64,000 nt of DNA from a bacterium (GCA_018266105.1 JAFEBA010000001.1:71594-135593); one strand, 5' to 3'. Counted from the first letter of the stretch, positions 1 through 9,343 are shown. Numbers and translations: made by a program. The notes: generated by a model from the letters alone, not told the origin.

Positions 1-225
1 TTCCGCGGCCAGCGCTTGAAAGTCACCATCAGTCTTGGAGTGGCCAGTTTTCCCGAGGACAGCGATGACCCCGACGAGCTGTTGGGGTTGGCCGACAAAG
101 CCCTGTATGAGGCCAAACGGCGCGGCCGCAATCAGGTCTGTCTCTTTGAGGGGGCCCGACTCAGCAGACGAAAAGAGGACGGCGGGTCGCGCCGTCCTCT
201 CAAGGATCGTCGCGAAAACTATTGA
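1..225 (+). CDS. Diguanylate cyclase (GGDEF domain), C-terminal fragment; the 5' end lies upstream of the window
   Basis: In-frame translation from nt 1 gives FRGQRLKVTISLGVASFPEDS...ADKALYEAKRRGRNQV, the conserved C-terminal end of GGDEF domains. Confidence 0.7.
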   Translation, partial: FRGQRLKVTISLGVASFPEDSDDPDELLGLADKALYEAKRRGRNQVCLFEGARLSRRKEDGGSRRPLKDRRENY

Positions 226-271
226 GCTTCGACGGATAAGTCGAACAGCCGCGACCCGGCCAATCCTTTGA

Positions 272-829
272 TTATCGGTTGATCGAGTTCAGGGCTAGAG
301 GTTCTACCTCGAACGTGCGGACTCGAGGGCCGCGACCTCCCTCGGTGGCGTAAACCTCGATGGCGGCCTGATCGCTGGTGGGGGTGAAGCGGGTCTCGAT
401 GGGTCGGGTCTCTTTGCGAGTGACCGTCTCACTTTTATTGACCCCAGGAGTGACAATGTTGACCGACTGGCGTTCATCGCCCTGTGGGTTGCCTTCCAAT
501 ACGAATCGGAAAATATAGGTCCGCCCAGCCTGAACGTGAATGGTCTGGCTGACGCCGCCTCCGTCACAAAGCTCCAGCCAACGGCGATTGGTCCCCTTGC
601 TCCAGACCAACTTGATGGGCTCGCGGGTGACTTTGAAACCCGGAACGTCCGCGCCGACCTCCAGAGGGGCTTTCCAGACATACTGGTCTTCTTCGGCGCC
701 GGCCATGGTGGACGGGTTGGGCGAGTCCAGCAGGCCGCCGTTCACAATGCGGTTGTTGGTCCAACCCAGGCACCATCCGGTGGCTGCCAATCCTAAGGCT
801 AAGAGACCCGAGAGCGCTTGTTTCTTCAT
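272..829 (-). CDS. Secreted hypothetical protein with a signal peptide
   Basis: 185-aa ORF whose N-terminus MKKQALSGLLALGLAATGWC is signal-peptide-like. High-GC coding character. No recognisable catalytic motif. Confidence 0.5.
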   Translation of the reverse strand: MKKQALSGLLALGLAATGWCLGWTNNRIVNGGLLDSPNPSTMAGAEEDQYVWKAPLEVGADVPGFKVTREPIKLVWSKGTNRRWLELCDGGGVSQTIHVQAGRTYIFRFVLEGNPQGDERQSVNIVTPGVNKSETVTRKETRPIETRFTPTSDQAAIEVYATEGGRGPRVRTFEVEPLALNSINR

Positions 830-943
830 CTTCCTACATCCCCTTGCATGATTTTTGTCACGCCCATCCTATCAGTCCAGGCGGGGTGGATCGGAGGACA
901 AACGTTAGCCAGGGGACGGTACCGGGATCACAAATCATAGGGG

Positions 944-2641
944 ATGCTTTTCTGGCTGTTGTTGCTCGGCATTTTGCCTTTCGAGAAGTCCCCGCTGGCC
1001 CCGATCCCGGCTGAACGCGGCAGCCTGATTGACGTAGATGGCGATGGCTGGCTGGACTACAGTTCTCAGTCCGAGGTCTTCCTGAACTCGCACGGTCGAG
1101 TCTTCTTGGCCGGAGGGCCGAAGTTTCCGACCGGCACCAGCTTCGTAGTCTGGGCCGATTTTGACCAGGACGGACGTCTGGATGGACTGGCGGTCAAACG
1201 CCAGACGCATGCCGAATTCGCGCAAGAGCCTCGCTTTCATCAGTTGCTCGGGCAAGAGAATCCCGAGTTCGAGAGCGCCGTCCAATGGAACACGCTGGGG
1301 GTGACCATCGCCGATCTGGATCGAGATGGTCGACTGGACCTGGCTTTCGGGCAGGCCTATGCCGACGAATCCAAAGGCTATGAGGCGCAGCAGATGCGCG
1401 TTTACTCGGGGTCAGGTCGGGGCCGCTTCGAGGACAAGACCCAGGAATGGGGCTTCTTGACGCCTGGCCCACCCGGGGCCAGCAACGGTGGACGCCCGCT
1501 TTATGGATTGAGCGCCGCTGATCTGGACAATGATGGCTACCCGGAGCTGTTGGGGGCAGCCTACGGACGCCAGTGGAACACGCTTTGGAAGCGTGGGTCC
1601 GAGGCCTTTTACAGCGATTGCGCGGCCAAATACGGGCTGGATGGAGATGCCGTTCGCCATGGGAAATATAGTGAGGCCACGCGCGAGAAATTTCGCAAAC
1701 GAAACGAGCCCCGACCGGATGAATTGCCCTTCCGCTCCAACGGCAACACCTTCTGCCTGGCTCCGGCCGATTTCGACAACGACGGTGACCTGGATGTATT
1801 TTCAGCCGAGATTACTCACAGTTGGGCGGGCGACTCCAGCGATTTGAGCGCATTGCTGATCAACCGCCTGGAAGTCTTTCAAGAGCCCTTTTTGGAACGC
1901 TGCATCGAGGTCTTGCCGGAGCCTGACCCGGAAACGGGCTTCCGGGCCAGGCCATCGCGCGGTTTGGCCCGAGACCACGCTCCTCAAACTCCAACCAATT
2001 GGAACCAGGGCGATTTGCAGGCTCATTGGGTCGATCTGGACTGCGACGGGCTGCTGGACTTGATTGTCTGCGAGTCAGACTACCCCGGCAATCATCTGCG
2101 TGTTTTTCGGCAGCGACCGGAACATACGTTTCAGGAAGCTGAGAGAGAGTTCGGGCTCGATTTTAACAACTGCCCGGGGGTGGCCATCGGGGATGTGGAT
2201 CGGGATGGCGACCCCGATCTGGTGGCGGTCGGTACGCGCACGCGCTGGCCCGAGGCCAGGCCCGCGCCCGAGCTGGTCCTGTGGCGCAACTCGACCTCCA
2301 ACACCAGCTTGAATGTGCGACTGGTGGGAGACGGAGTGAGCGCGAATCGTAATGCAATCGGAGCGCGTGTCTATCTGGATACGGATCAGGGCACGCAAAT
2401 GCGCGAAGTGCAGGGTTCCTATGGGCATTGGGGCCAGCAAACTCAGCCCGGGGAGGTCCACTTCGGGCTGGGCACGTCCCGGCCGCGTCGGTTACGGGTG
2501 ATCTGGCCCAACCGGGAATCCACCCAAACGGTGATTGACCAGCCCACGGCGGGCTGGCTGGTGGTGGACCAACTCCGTGGCGAACGAATTCGAATGCGTC
2601 AGTGGGACGGGATTCAGTGGGCGCGGGAGTCCGTCACTTAG
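944..2641 (+). CDS. CRTAC1/ASPIC-UnbV family protein with FG-GAP/VCBS-type repeats
   Basis: Repeated Dx[DN]xDGxxD motifs (VDGDGWLD, FDQDGRLD, LDRDGRLD, FDNDGDLDV, LDCDGLLDL, VDRDGDPDLV). C-terminal UnbV/ASPIC-like segment NAIGARVYLDTD...GSYGHWGQ. Confidence 0.75.
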   Translation: MLFWLLLLGILPFEKSPLAPIPAERGSLIDVDGDGWLDYSSQSEVFLNSHGRVFLAGGPKFPTGTSFVVWADFDQDGRLDGLAVKRQTHAEFAQEPRFHQLLGQENPEFESAVQWNTLGVTIADLDRDGRLDLAFGQAYADESKGYEAQQMRVYSGSGRGRFEDKTQEWGFLTPGPPGASNGGRPLYGLSAADLDNDGYPELLGAAYGRQWNTLWKRGSEAFYSDCAAKYGLDGDAVRHGKYSEATREKFRKRNEPRPDELPFRSNGNTFCLAPADFDNDGDLDVFSAEITHSWAGDSSDLSALLINRLEVFQEPFLERCIEVLPEPDPETGFRARPSRGLARDHAPQTPTNWNQGDLQAHWVDLDCDGLLDLIVCESDYPGNHLRVFRQRPEHTFQEAEREFGLDFNNCPGVAIGDVDRDGDPDLVAVGTRTRWPEARPAPELVLWRNSTSNTSLNVRLVGDGVSANRNAIGARVYLDTDQGTQMREVQGSYGHWGQQTQPGEVHFGLGTSRPRRLRVIWPNRESTQTVIDQPTAGWLVVDQLRGERIRMRQWDGIQWARESVT

Positions 2642-2769
2642 CGCGACAGCCCAAGTTTGAGCCAGACGGCAAAGTCTGAGCAGACCGAATCCGGTCCATC
2701 GGAGAGTGCCGAACCCGGGTTCTGCCAGGAGTAGACCAGGCTTTCTAAAGTCATAATTGCTTCTCCAAT

Positions 2770-2985
2770 TTACGGCCAGCCGACCAGTCCGCGAGTGTCA
2801 TTGAGCCAGCTGGTGAGCATTTCCACTCCACTGCTGCCCGTGATGGCAGCCAGCTTAAAGCCGATCAAAGCGACCACAACTAAGAGGTGACGCTTCCAGC
2901 CACTGCGGGCGGGCTGAGTCTTGCCCTCACGGTGTTGGTACCAAAGTCGATCTCGACCGGTCAGTTCTACAGTTTTCGATCCCAT
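2770..2985 (-). CDS. Possible small membrane protein (about 71 aa) downstream of anmK
   Basis: ORF with an internal start MGSKTVELTG... and a C-terminal hydrophobic helix HLLVVVALIGFKLAAITG. A G-rich stretch lies about 10 nt upstream. Weak support. Confidence 0.25.
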   Translation of the reverse strand: MGSKTVELTGRDRLWYQHREGKTQPARSGWKRHLLVVVALIGFKLAAITGSSGVEMLTSWLNDTRGLVGWP

Positions 2986-3109
2986 GGCTGAGCTGCCCCC
3001 AAATTTCTGAATTTCTTTGACTATAGTGGGAGCAGGTAACGAAAAGGTCGTGCGCGGCTGGTGCATGTTAACGGTTTGTTGCAGATTTGTGACCGTTTTG
3101 ACGGGTCTT

Positions 3110-4222
3110 TCAGGCGGGAAAGCTGATTTTCCCCAAGATAGCCGGTCTGCGGGCGCCCGTGACTGTAGCCAGCGAACTGGGGCGGCCGTGCACTGTTTCG
3201 TGGGCCATCAGGGCGAAGGCGCAGGCTTCGCGAGCGTCGGCGGTGATGCCGAATTCTTCGAAACCCACCAGCCGCCGGAGGGGGAGCGCGGCGGCCCGTT
3301 GCCTGAGCTCTTGCATTAACACCGGATTGTGGTAGCCGCCACCGCCAACCACCATCTCAAAGGGTCCCTGGATGAGGGGTTTCATCGAGTTCAGCAGGCT
3401 TTCGGCCGTCAAGGCCAGAGCCGTGCGCATCAGATCGGCCGGGCTGGCATGGTCCAGGAATGGCTGGATAAAGTCGCGTCCGAAATCCTCGCGTCCGGTA
3501 GATTTCGGTCCGGTGGCTGCAAAATATGGGTGGTTGAGCATTTGCTCAAGGATTTCTGGAATCACCCGTCCGCTGGCCGCGGTCGCCCCGCCGAAATCGG
3601 CCGGCTGGCTTAGAAAGCGCTCGGCCAGGGCGTCGGAAACCACGTTGCCCGGACCGCTGTCCCAGCCTTGAACTTCTCCCTGGTGCGGCACCCAGCTGAC
3701 ATTGGCCATTCCACCGATGTTGATGGCGGCCCGGTCTACCTCGGGCGAGCGCAGCAGCCAGTTGTCAAAGTAGGGGACCAGCGGTGCGGCCTGTCCGCCC
3801 AGGGCCATGTCGGCTGTGCGGAAGTCGCTGACGGTGAGGGTGGCGGTTCGTTCAGCGATGACGGCTGCTTCGCCGATTTGCAGGGTGGAGGGAGGCGTCT
3901 CGTAGGGCAGGTGAGCCACTGTCTGACCGTGAGAACCGATCAGGTCGGCCTTTTCGCCCTGTAAAACCTCCAGCGCCACCCGTGCGAATAAGTCGCCGAC
4001 CAGAAAGTGGGCTCGAGAAAGCTGGCGGACGCTGGCGCGATCCTCCATGAGGGCGAAAATCAAAGACCGAACTTCTTCTGGGTAGGGCTGGCTGACAAAA
4101 CGCAGCAGGCGCATGCGGCCGTTCTCGATCTGCACCAGCGCGGCGTCGATTGCGTCGGCCGATGTTCCCGAGATCATGCCCACCACTCGCGGAGCTGACA
4201 GGGCTCGATATTCCGCGATCAC
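3110..4222 (-). CDS. anmK: Anhydro-N-acetylmuramic acid kinase
   Basis: The N-terminal GMISGTSADAIDAAL motif and overall length (370 aa) match AnmK. The start overlaps the ubiE stop by 4 nt. Confidence 0.85.
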   Translation of the reverse strand: MIAEYRALSAPRVVGMISGTSADAIDAALVQIENGRMRLLRFVSQPYPEEVRSLIFALMEDRASVRQLSRAHFLVGDLFARVALEVLQGEKADLIGSHGQTVAHLPYETPPSTLQIGEAAVIAERTATLTVSDFRTADMALGGQAAPLVPYFDNWLLRSPEVDRAAINIGGMANVSWVPHQGEVQGWDSGPGNVVSDALAERFLSQPADFGGATAASGRVIPEILEQMLNHPYFAATGPKSTGREDFGRDFIQPFLDHASPADLMRTALALTAESLLNSMKPLIQGPFEMVVGGGGYHNPVLMQELRQRAAALPLRRLVGFEEFGITADAREACAFALMAHETVHGRPSSLATVTGARRPAILGKISFPA

Positions 4223-4899
4223 GGAACAGTCGCCAGGTGCACGGTCACAATGCCAAAGGTCAGGGGAATCGACCGCACGTTGAGCAGTCCGCCTTCGCGC
4301 ATGGACTGACTCAACTGCTCACGGTCCATAAAGCTGGCGATGGTATTGCACAGGTAGTGATAGGCCGAACTGTCTCCCGAGATGATTGATCCGAGTCGGG
4401 GTAAGATATGGCGCAGGTAGAGACCGTGCAGCCATCCCAGCAGACCGGTGGGTCGGGTCAGTTCTAGAGACATAATGCGGCCGCCGGGGCGCACCAGCCG
4501 ACGCAATTCCCGCCACAAGGCCTGCAAGTCGTGGATGTTGCGCGGTCCGAAGGCCAAAGCAGCGGCATCAAAGGGGCCATCCAGGGGAACCTGGGTGGCG
4601 TCTCCTTCGAGGAAGACCAGGTGCGGATATTTCTTGCGCGCCTGGCTCAGCATGCCGACCGCAAAATCCACTCCAGTCACCTGCCCCCCGGCTTTGGACA
4701 TTTCTTGGGAAAGGTCACCGGTGCCGCAGCACAGGTCCAGCACTCGGTCGCCGGGTTTGATGCCCAGCTCGCGCACGGCCCGGCGGCGCCAGACGAAGTC
4801 CAGCCCGCCACTCAGCACGTGGTTGAGCAGGTCGTAGCGAGCGTGGATGCGGTCGAACATCTCGGCAATGCGCGAGGGGGGCAGGGGCGGTGTACTCAA
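4219..4899 (-). CDS. ubiE: Demethylmenaquinone/ubiquinone C-methyltransferase (UbiE/MenG family)
   Basis: Start MFDRIHARYDLLNHVLSGGLDFVWRR... followed by the SAM motif VLDLCCGTGDL. Sits in the menaquinone operon. Confidence 0.85.
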   Translation of the reverse strand: MSTPPLPPSRIAEMFDRIHARYDLLNHVLSGGLDFVWRRRAVRELGIKPGDRVLDLCCGTGDLSQEMSKAGGQVTGVDFAVGMLSQARKKYPHLVFLEGDATQVPLDGPFDAAALAFGPRNIHDLQALWRELRRLVRPGGRIMSLELTRPTGLLGWLHGLYLRHILPRLGSIISGDSSAYHYLCNTIASFMDREQLSQSMREGGLLNVRSIPLTFGIVTVHLATVP

Positions 4900-5936
4900 G
4901 CGGCTTCCAATACCTCGAGCACGTTATAACAGCTGTCGCGCACCGCCGGAACGCGGCCCACGTTGCGGATCATCTGTGCGATCTGCTCGGCGTTGTAGGA
5001 GTAGGCCACGCCCGTGGCCGAGTTGACCAGTTCCTCCATCAGCACGCTGCCCAGGTCATCGGCTCCGAAGCTCAGGGCCAGCTGAGCCAGCTTGGCCCCC
5101 TCGGTGACCCAGCCGGCGTGGATGTGGGCGAAATTGTCCAGGTACAGGCGGGCGATGGCCAGGATGCGTAGATACTCGTGGCCGGCCGGGGGCACGGTGC
5201 GGGCCAGTCCGGTATAGTCGGGGGTCAGGCTCCAATGGATGAAACTACGGAAGCCGCCGGTGCGGTCCTGGAGGGCGCGCAACCGTTCCAGATGCTGGAT
5301 TCGCTGCTGATTGCTCTCGCCAAAGCCAAACACCATGGTAGCGGTGGACTCCATGCCTAGCTTGTGAGCGATTTCGTGAACTTCAAACCAGCGGTCGGCG
5401 CTGGTTTTCAGGGGAGAAACCTTGGTGCGAATCTCGTCGATCAGCATTTCCGCGCCTCCGCCCGGCAGCGAGTCCAGCCCGGCCTGTTTTAGTCTACGCA
5501 GGGTTTCTTCCAGCTCCAGTCCGCTGTGCAGCGCCATTTGGTCAACTTCCGTGGCCGTCAGGGAGTGCAGATAGACCTCCGGAAAACGAGCCTTGACGCT
5601 GGAAAACAGGTCTTCATAGTAGTCGATCTTGAGGTCGGGATTGTGCCCGCCCTGCAGCATCACGGTGGTGCCCTTGAACTTGAGCATCTCCTCGATCTTG
5701 CGAAAGATTTCGTCTTTGCTGCGTACGTAAGCCTCTTCGTGGCCGGGGGGACGATAGAATGCACAGAATTTGCAGTAGGTGATGCAAACATTGGTGTAAT
5801 TGATAATGCGGTCGCGCACAAAGGTAACTCGATTGTCGGGGAAGCGGCGACGCCGGTCCGCGTCCGCCCTTTCGCCCAGCTCCAGTAGATCCATGTCGAA
5901 CAGGGCCAGGCCCTGCTCCGGGGTTAGACGCTCCAT
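4896..5936 (-). CDS. Radical SAM enzyme of the futalosine pathway (MqnC/MqnE family)
   Basis: CxxxCxxC cluster motif NYTNVCITYCKFCAF. C-terminal LSFGADDLGSVLMEE is typical of MqnC/MqnE. Adjacent to an MqnA-like gene. Confidence 0.8.
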   Translation of the reverse strand: MERLTPEQGLALFDMDLLELGERADADRRRRFPDNRVTFVRDRIINYTNVCITYCKFCAFYRPPGHEEAYVRSKDEIFRKIEEMLKFKGTTVMLQGGHNPDLKIDYYEDLFSSVKARFPEVYLHSLTATEVDQMALHSGLELEETLRRLKQAGLDSLPGGGAEMLIDEIRTKVSPLKTSADRWFEVHEIAHKLGMESTATMVFGFGESNQQRIQHLERLRALQDRTGGFRSFIHWSLTPDYTGLARTVPPAGHEYLRILAIARLYLDNFAHIHAGWVTEGAKLAQLALSFGADDLGSVLMEELVNSATGVAYSYNAEQIAQMIRNVGRVPAVRDSCYNVLEVLEAA

Positions 5937-6703
5937 GCCTTCTCCTCGCTGAGTCGGGCTGGCAGTTGTACCAGACCCTGCTCGGCCGCCAGTTTGTAAA
6001 ATAGATTCAGAGACTTCAGTTCGGTCTCGCCGAGGTGATAGCGCATTCCGGCGAAGTAATTGTCCAGGCGCTCTGGAGAGAGTCCGGTGCGGCGAGCCGA
6101 TTCGGCCAAAATTTCATCCCAGTGCTGCAGGCCCCAGGCCCGGGAACGCTCAAGAATTTCTTCCGGGCCCTGGTCCAGTGTGCGTTTACACAGCCAGACG
6201 GCGAAGACCATGGGCAGACCGGTCTTTTCTTTCCAGGCCTGGCCAAGGTCCAGCTCATAGGGAGCGGCAGGCCAGGTCAGGGCCTGATCTCCAATCAGCA
6301 GTACGGCCGGCTGGTTCTCGCTCAGCACTGGGGGTTGCTCCAGATCCATGACTTTGATTCCCGGCACCACGATTTGCAGCAAGGCTCGCGAGGTGGCTGA
6401 GGCTTTGGTGACGGCTACGGTCCGACCCGGCAGCTGCTCGATGGGCAGCAGACTGAAGAGCTTTACGCTCTGCACGGCCGCTGGCGCCGACAGGCCAATT
6501 CCTTGCACCACTCGATAGAGCTGGTAACAGCTTAGATACTCGATGGAAGAAACGGCCGTGGCGTCCAGCTGGCCGGCTCGGGTCATGGCATTGAGGGCGC
6601 TGGGTTCAGCCCGGACCAGCTCGCCCTCAAAGCCAACCTGGTTGCGCTCCAGTCCTAAGGTGACGGGCAAAACGTTAATGTAGCTGATGCTGCCGAATTT
6701 CAA
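5924..6703 (-). CDS. MqnA/MqnD family protein (chorismate dehydratase-like, futalosine pathway)
   Basis: N-terminal KFGSISYINVLP signature of the MqnA/MqnD fold. 259 aa. Lies within the menaquinone operon. Confidence 0.75.
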   Translation of the reverse strand: MKFGSISYINVLPVTLGLERNQVGFEGELVRAEPSALNAMTRAGQLDATAVSSIEYLSCYQLYRVVQGIGLSAPAAVQSVKLFSLLPIEQLPGRTVAVTKASATSRALLQIVVPGIKVMDLEQPPVLSENQPAVLLIGDQALTWPAAPYELDLGQAWKEKTGLPMVFAVWLCKRTLDQGPEEILERSRAWGLQHWDEILAESARRTGLSPERLDNYFAGMRYHLGETELKSLNLFYKLAAEQGLVQLPARLSEEKAWSV

Positions 6704-7497
6704 AGCGGCTCCATCCCGGCTTCCACCGTGCCGGCCCGAGCTTCATTCCAGTCGATCAGGTCGGCCGGTCGCATTCGCCCGGAATAGGCCAGCTGTTCTT
6801 CCAGGCCCCATCCTCCCAGCGCGTCCGCTCCGAAGGCCAGCGAGCTTTGGGCCAGCTTGAAGCCTAAGGCTCCCCAGGAGGCGCGGATCCACTGAGCTGG
6901 CTCGGCCAGAGCTCGGCTGCGACTCAGAATCTCGATATCTCGGGGACCGTCGGTGGTGGCTCCGGGAATCACCACCAGGTCGCCTACCGCCCGGGGCAGA
7001 GGGATGATCTGTTCGGCATCGCGCAGCTGGTCCAGACGTTTTTCCAGGTCTTCGGCACTGTGCTCCGGTCCATAGACGAAGGCGGCCACCTTAGGCAACT
7101 TGAGAGCCGCGCAGTCCTGCCATCCCTGGGCTGGCGGAGAGCTGGGACCGGTCAGTTCGCCAGTAAACCAGCATAGACTATCCAGGCGGAGCTGATTGAG
7201 AATGTCCATCCCATATTTCTTCAGCCAGCCGGGGGAGAGTCCGTGCAGCCGGGCTGCGGGGAAGCGGGAACGTAGCTCCGCTACTTGGGCCAGAACCTGC
7301 TCAGGGGTCTCGTCCTTGCGAGGATGGAAGTGGACTTCTTTGACTTCGAGCGGGAGTTTGCCCCAATCCGGCGAGGTCGGCACCAGATGCACCGCCCCGT
7401 CGGCGCGTAACCAGACGCGCGGGTGGCGCTTGCGCCGGGCTTCGCGCCCCAATTCGAATAAATTCATCTCCGCCACTTTCACAGAACCAACTCCCAC
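6700..7497 (-). CDS. MqnC/MqnE-like paralog lacking the radical-SAM cysteine motif
   Basis: Aligns with the neighbouring MqnC/E at the N-terminus (NLFELGREARRKRHP vs DLLELGERADADRRRRFP), mid-region (ELRSRFPAARLHGLS vs SVKARFPEVYLHSLT) and C-terminus (KLAQSSLAFGADALGG vs KLAQLALSFGADDLGS). No CxxxCxxC is present. Confidence 0.6.
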   Translation of the reverse strand: MGVGSVKVAEMNLFELGREARRKRHPRVWLRADGAVHLVPTSPDWGKLPLEVKEVHFHPRKDETPEQVLAQVAELRSRFPAARLHGLSPGWLKKYGMDILNQLRLDSLCWFTGELTGPSSPPAQGWQDCAALKLPKVAAFVYGPEHSAEDLEKRLDQLRDAEQIIPLPRAVGDLVVIPGATTDGPRDIEILSRSRALAEPAQWIRASWGALGFKLAQSSLAFGADALGGWGLEEQLAYSGRMRPADLIDWNEARAGTVEAGMEPL

Positions 7498-8354
7498 AAC
7501 AAAGAAACCAATAGTGTCAGGCTGATTCCCACGTTAGCCTGAAAAAACGCCTTTTGCATCTGACTTAAGTCCCCTGGTTTCAGAAGCCTGTGTTCGTAAT
7601 AAAGCAAAGCCCCGATCAGCCAGCAGCCCAGAGCGTAAACCCAGCCGAGGCCGGCCGTGGACCCAACTCGCCAGAGGCCGGCCCAGGCCACCAGATGCAG
7701 GCCTTCTGAAACCCGAAAAGCCCTCTCGATGCCAAAGCGCGAAGGCACGGAATACAGGCCGACTTTGCGGTCGTGCTCGAAATCCTGACAGGCGTAAAGC
7801 ACGTCGAATCCGGCCACCCAGGTGAAAATGACCAGGCCCAACCAGAGCGGAGTTTCGCCCCAGTGACCGCAGACTGCCAGCCAGCCGCCGATGGGCGCGC
7901 ATGCCTGCACCAGGCCCAACCACAGATGGCATAGCCAGGTAAAACGCTTGGTGTAGCTGTATCCCAGCAGCAAGAGGGCGGCTAGAGGCCAGAGGCGATA
8001 GCAGAGTGGATTGAGCTGGTGGGCGGCCAGTGCAAGCAAGGCCAGGCTGGCCAGCATAAGCAATACTACGGGCAGGGCTCCGATCTGGCCGGCAGGCAGG
8101 TGGCGATTGGCCGTGCGCGGGTTGACCGCGTCGATTTTCCAATCAATCAGGCGATTGGCCGACATGCCGGCGGTGCGGGCTCCGAACATCGCCAGGGTGA
8201 CCCAGAAGCAGGTCGCCAAAGGAGGCAGCCCGCGCTGAGCCAGCAGCATCCCGGCATAGGCAAATGGCAGTGCGAACAAGGTCTGCTCGAAGCGAACCAG
8301 GTCGAAAAAGAGTTTTGTCCGCCCGACGCGGGGCGTATCTGCGGTGGCGACCAT
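7479..8354 (-). CDS. UbiA-family aromatic prenyltransferase (MqnP/MenA-like)
   Basis: NRLIDWKIDAVNPRT first Asp-rich motif and YACQDFEHDRKVG second motif. Multiple transmembrane helices. First gene of the menaquinone operon. Confidence 0.8.
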   Translation of the reverse strand: MVATADTPRVGRTKLFFDLVRFEQTLFALPFAYAGMLLAQRGLPPLATCFWVTLAMFGARTAGMSANRLIDWKIDAVNPRTANRHLPAGQIGALPVVLLMLASLALLALAAHQLNPLCYRLWPLAALLLLGYSYTKRFTWLCHLWLGLVQACAPIGGWLAVCGHWGETPLWLGLVIFTWVAGFDVLYACQDFEHDRKVGLYSVPSRFGIERAFRVSEGLHLVAWAGLWRVGSTAGLGWVYALGCWLIGALLYYEHRLLKPGDLSQMQKAFFQANVGISLTLLVSLLWELVL

Positions 8355-8387
8355 TGTGGTTTGTGAAGTTTTTCACAAGCCACATGG
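8354..8387. promoter_or_regulatory. Imperfect 13-bp inverted repeat (TGTGGTTTGTGAA-gttt-TTCACAAGCCACA) abutting the start codon of the menaquinone operon
   Basis: Read directly from the sequence. One mismatch in the 13-bp arms. Lies in the divergent intergenic region 8355-8453. Confidence 0.4.
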
Positions 8388-8453
8388 CTCCTGCTGGTTA
8401 CGTCAGTACCTCGAGTTCTGCTGGGTCGGGGCTTAGACTGAAGTCAAAGGGAG

Positions 8454-8777
8454 GTGTCTATGCAATTTTCCGTTCTGGATCCAGAGGGGAAGGTTCAGGC
8501 CTTGCTCGACGCCGATACGGTCCGGGATGCGTGCCGTCAGTGGGCACGTCAGACCAGCAACGAAGCCACAATCGAAGAGAAGGTGAGTGAAGCCAGGCTG
8601 TTTCAGATCGGACCGAATCTGTTGGCGGCTCGGCTTGAGCCTTATGTCGTGACCCCGGTCGGCGCTGAAAAGGAAGCGATGCGCCTGAATGCCGAGCTAC
8701 TGGACACTGATCTGCACTATCGTTCGGAGGCCAGTCTGCCCGACCCGCGTATGGTCGACACCGGTGGGCGAGGTTAA
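8454..8777 (+). CDS. Hypothetical protein (107 aa)
   Basis: ORF preceded by GGGAGG eight nt upstream of the ATG. No recognisable domain. Confidence 0.45.
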   Translation: MSMQFSVLDPEGKVQALLDADTVRDACRQWARQTSNEATIEEKVSEARLFQIGPNLLAARLEPYVVTPVGAEKEAMRLNAELLDTDLHYRSEASLPDPRMVDTGGRG

Positions 8778-9343
8778 ATAAAGACCAGCACGATCCAGCT
8801 GAGGAGTGCACTGCACAGATCCCACAACGAGATTTCTACTCCCCAGGAAAGGGAGAGGCGGGCAGGCAGGTAGGAGACGGTGAGGGCTGCGAGCCGCAGG
8901 CCAGCCCCCCACGGTCGGGCCAGGGTCATCAAGACGGCAAAGAAAAGGAAGGCCCAGATCGGCAGCTTGCGCCACCAGGCCACTTCTCCGAAGCGTTCTT
9001 CCTGGGCCATGCCCACCGCGAACATGCTTCCGAACAGTGCTACAGAGAGTGACCAGGCGTAACCGATCGGGTGTTTAGGTAAAAATAGATAGTCCCAGAG
9101 CAGCATTCCAATGGCCAGTACAAAGCCCATGCCGTAGACGACTTCGGCCAGCCTGTATAGAGAGCGCCTTTGCTGGGGCACCCATTTGGGGATGCGGGGG
9201 AATTCCAGAGCGACGGCCATGGCGAAAACGCACACGACCTGGGCGGGGGCCAGCAGCCAGAGCAGGACTTCAAAATGCTCGCGCAACCAGTCCAGCCAGC
9301 CCGGAAGCAATCCACGGCTGACCCCCAACAGCACCAGATCCAT
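8774..9343 (-). CDS. Hypothetical integral membrane protein
   Basis: At least five hydrophobic helices. The start was moved to an internal Met (MDLVLLGV...) to avoid overlap with the divergent gene. Confidence 0.45.
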   Translation of the reverse strand: MDLVLLGVSRGLLPGWLDWLREHFEVLLWLLAPAQVVCVFAMAVALEFPRIPKWVPQQRRSLYRLAEVVYGMGFVLAIGMLLWDYLFLPKHPIGYAWSLSVALFGSMFAVGMAQEERFGEVAWWRKLPIWAFLFFAVLMTLARPWGAGLRLAALTVSYLPARLSLSWGVEISLWDLCSALLSWIVLVFI

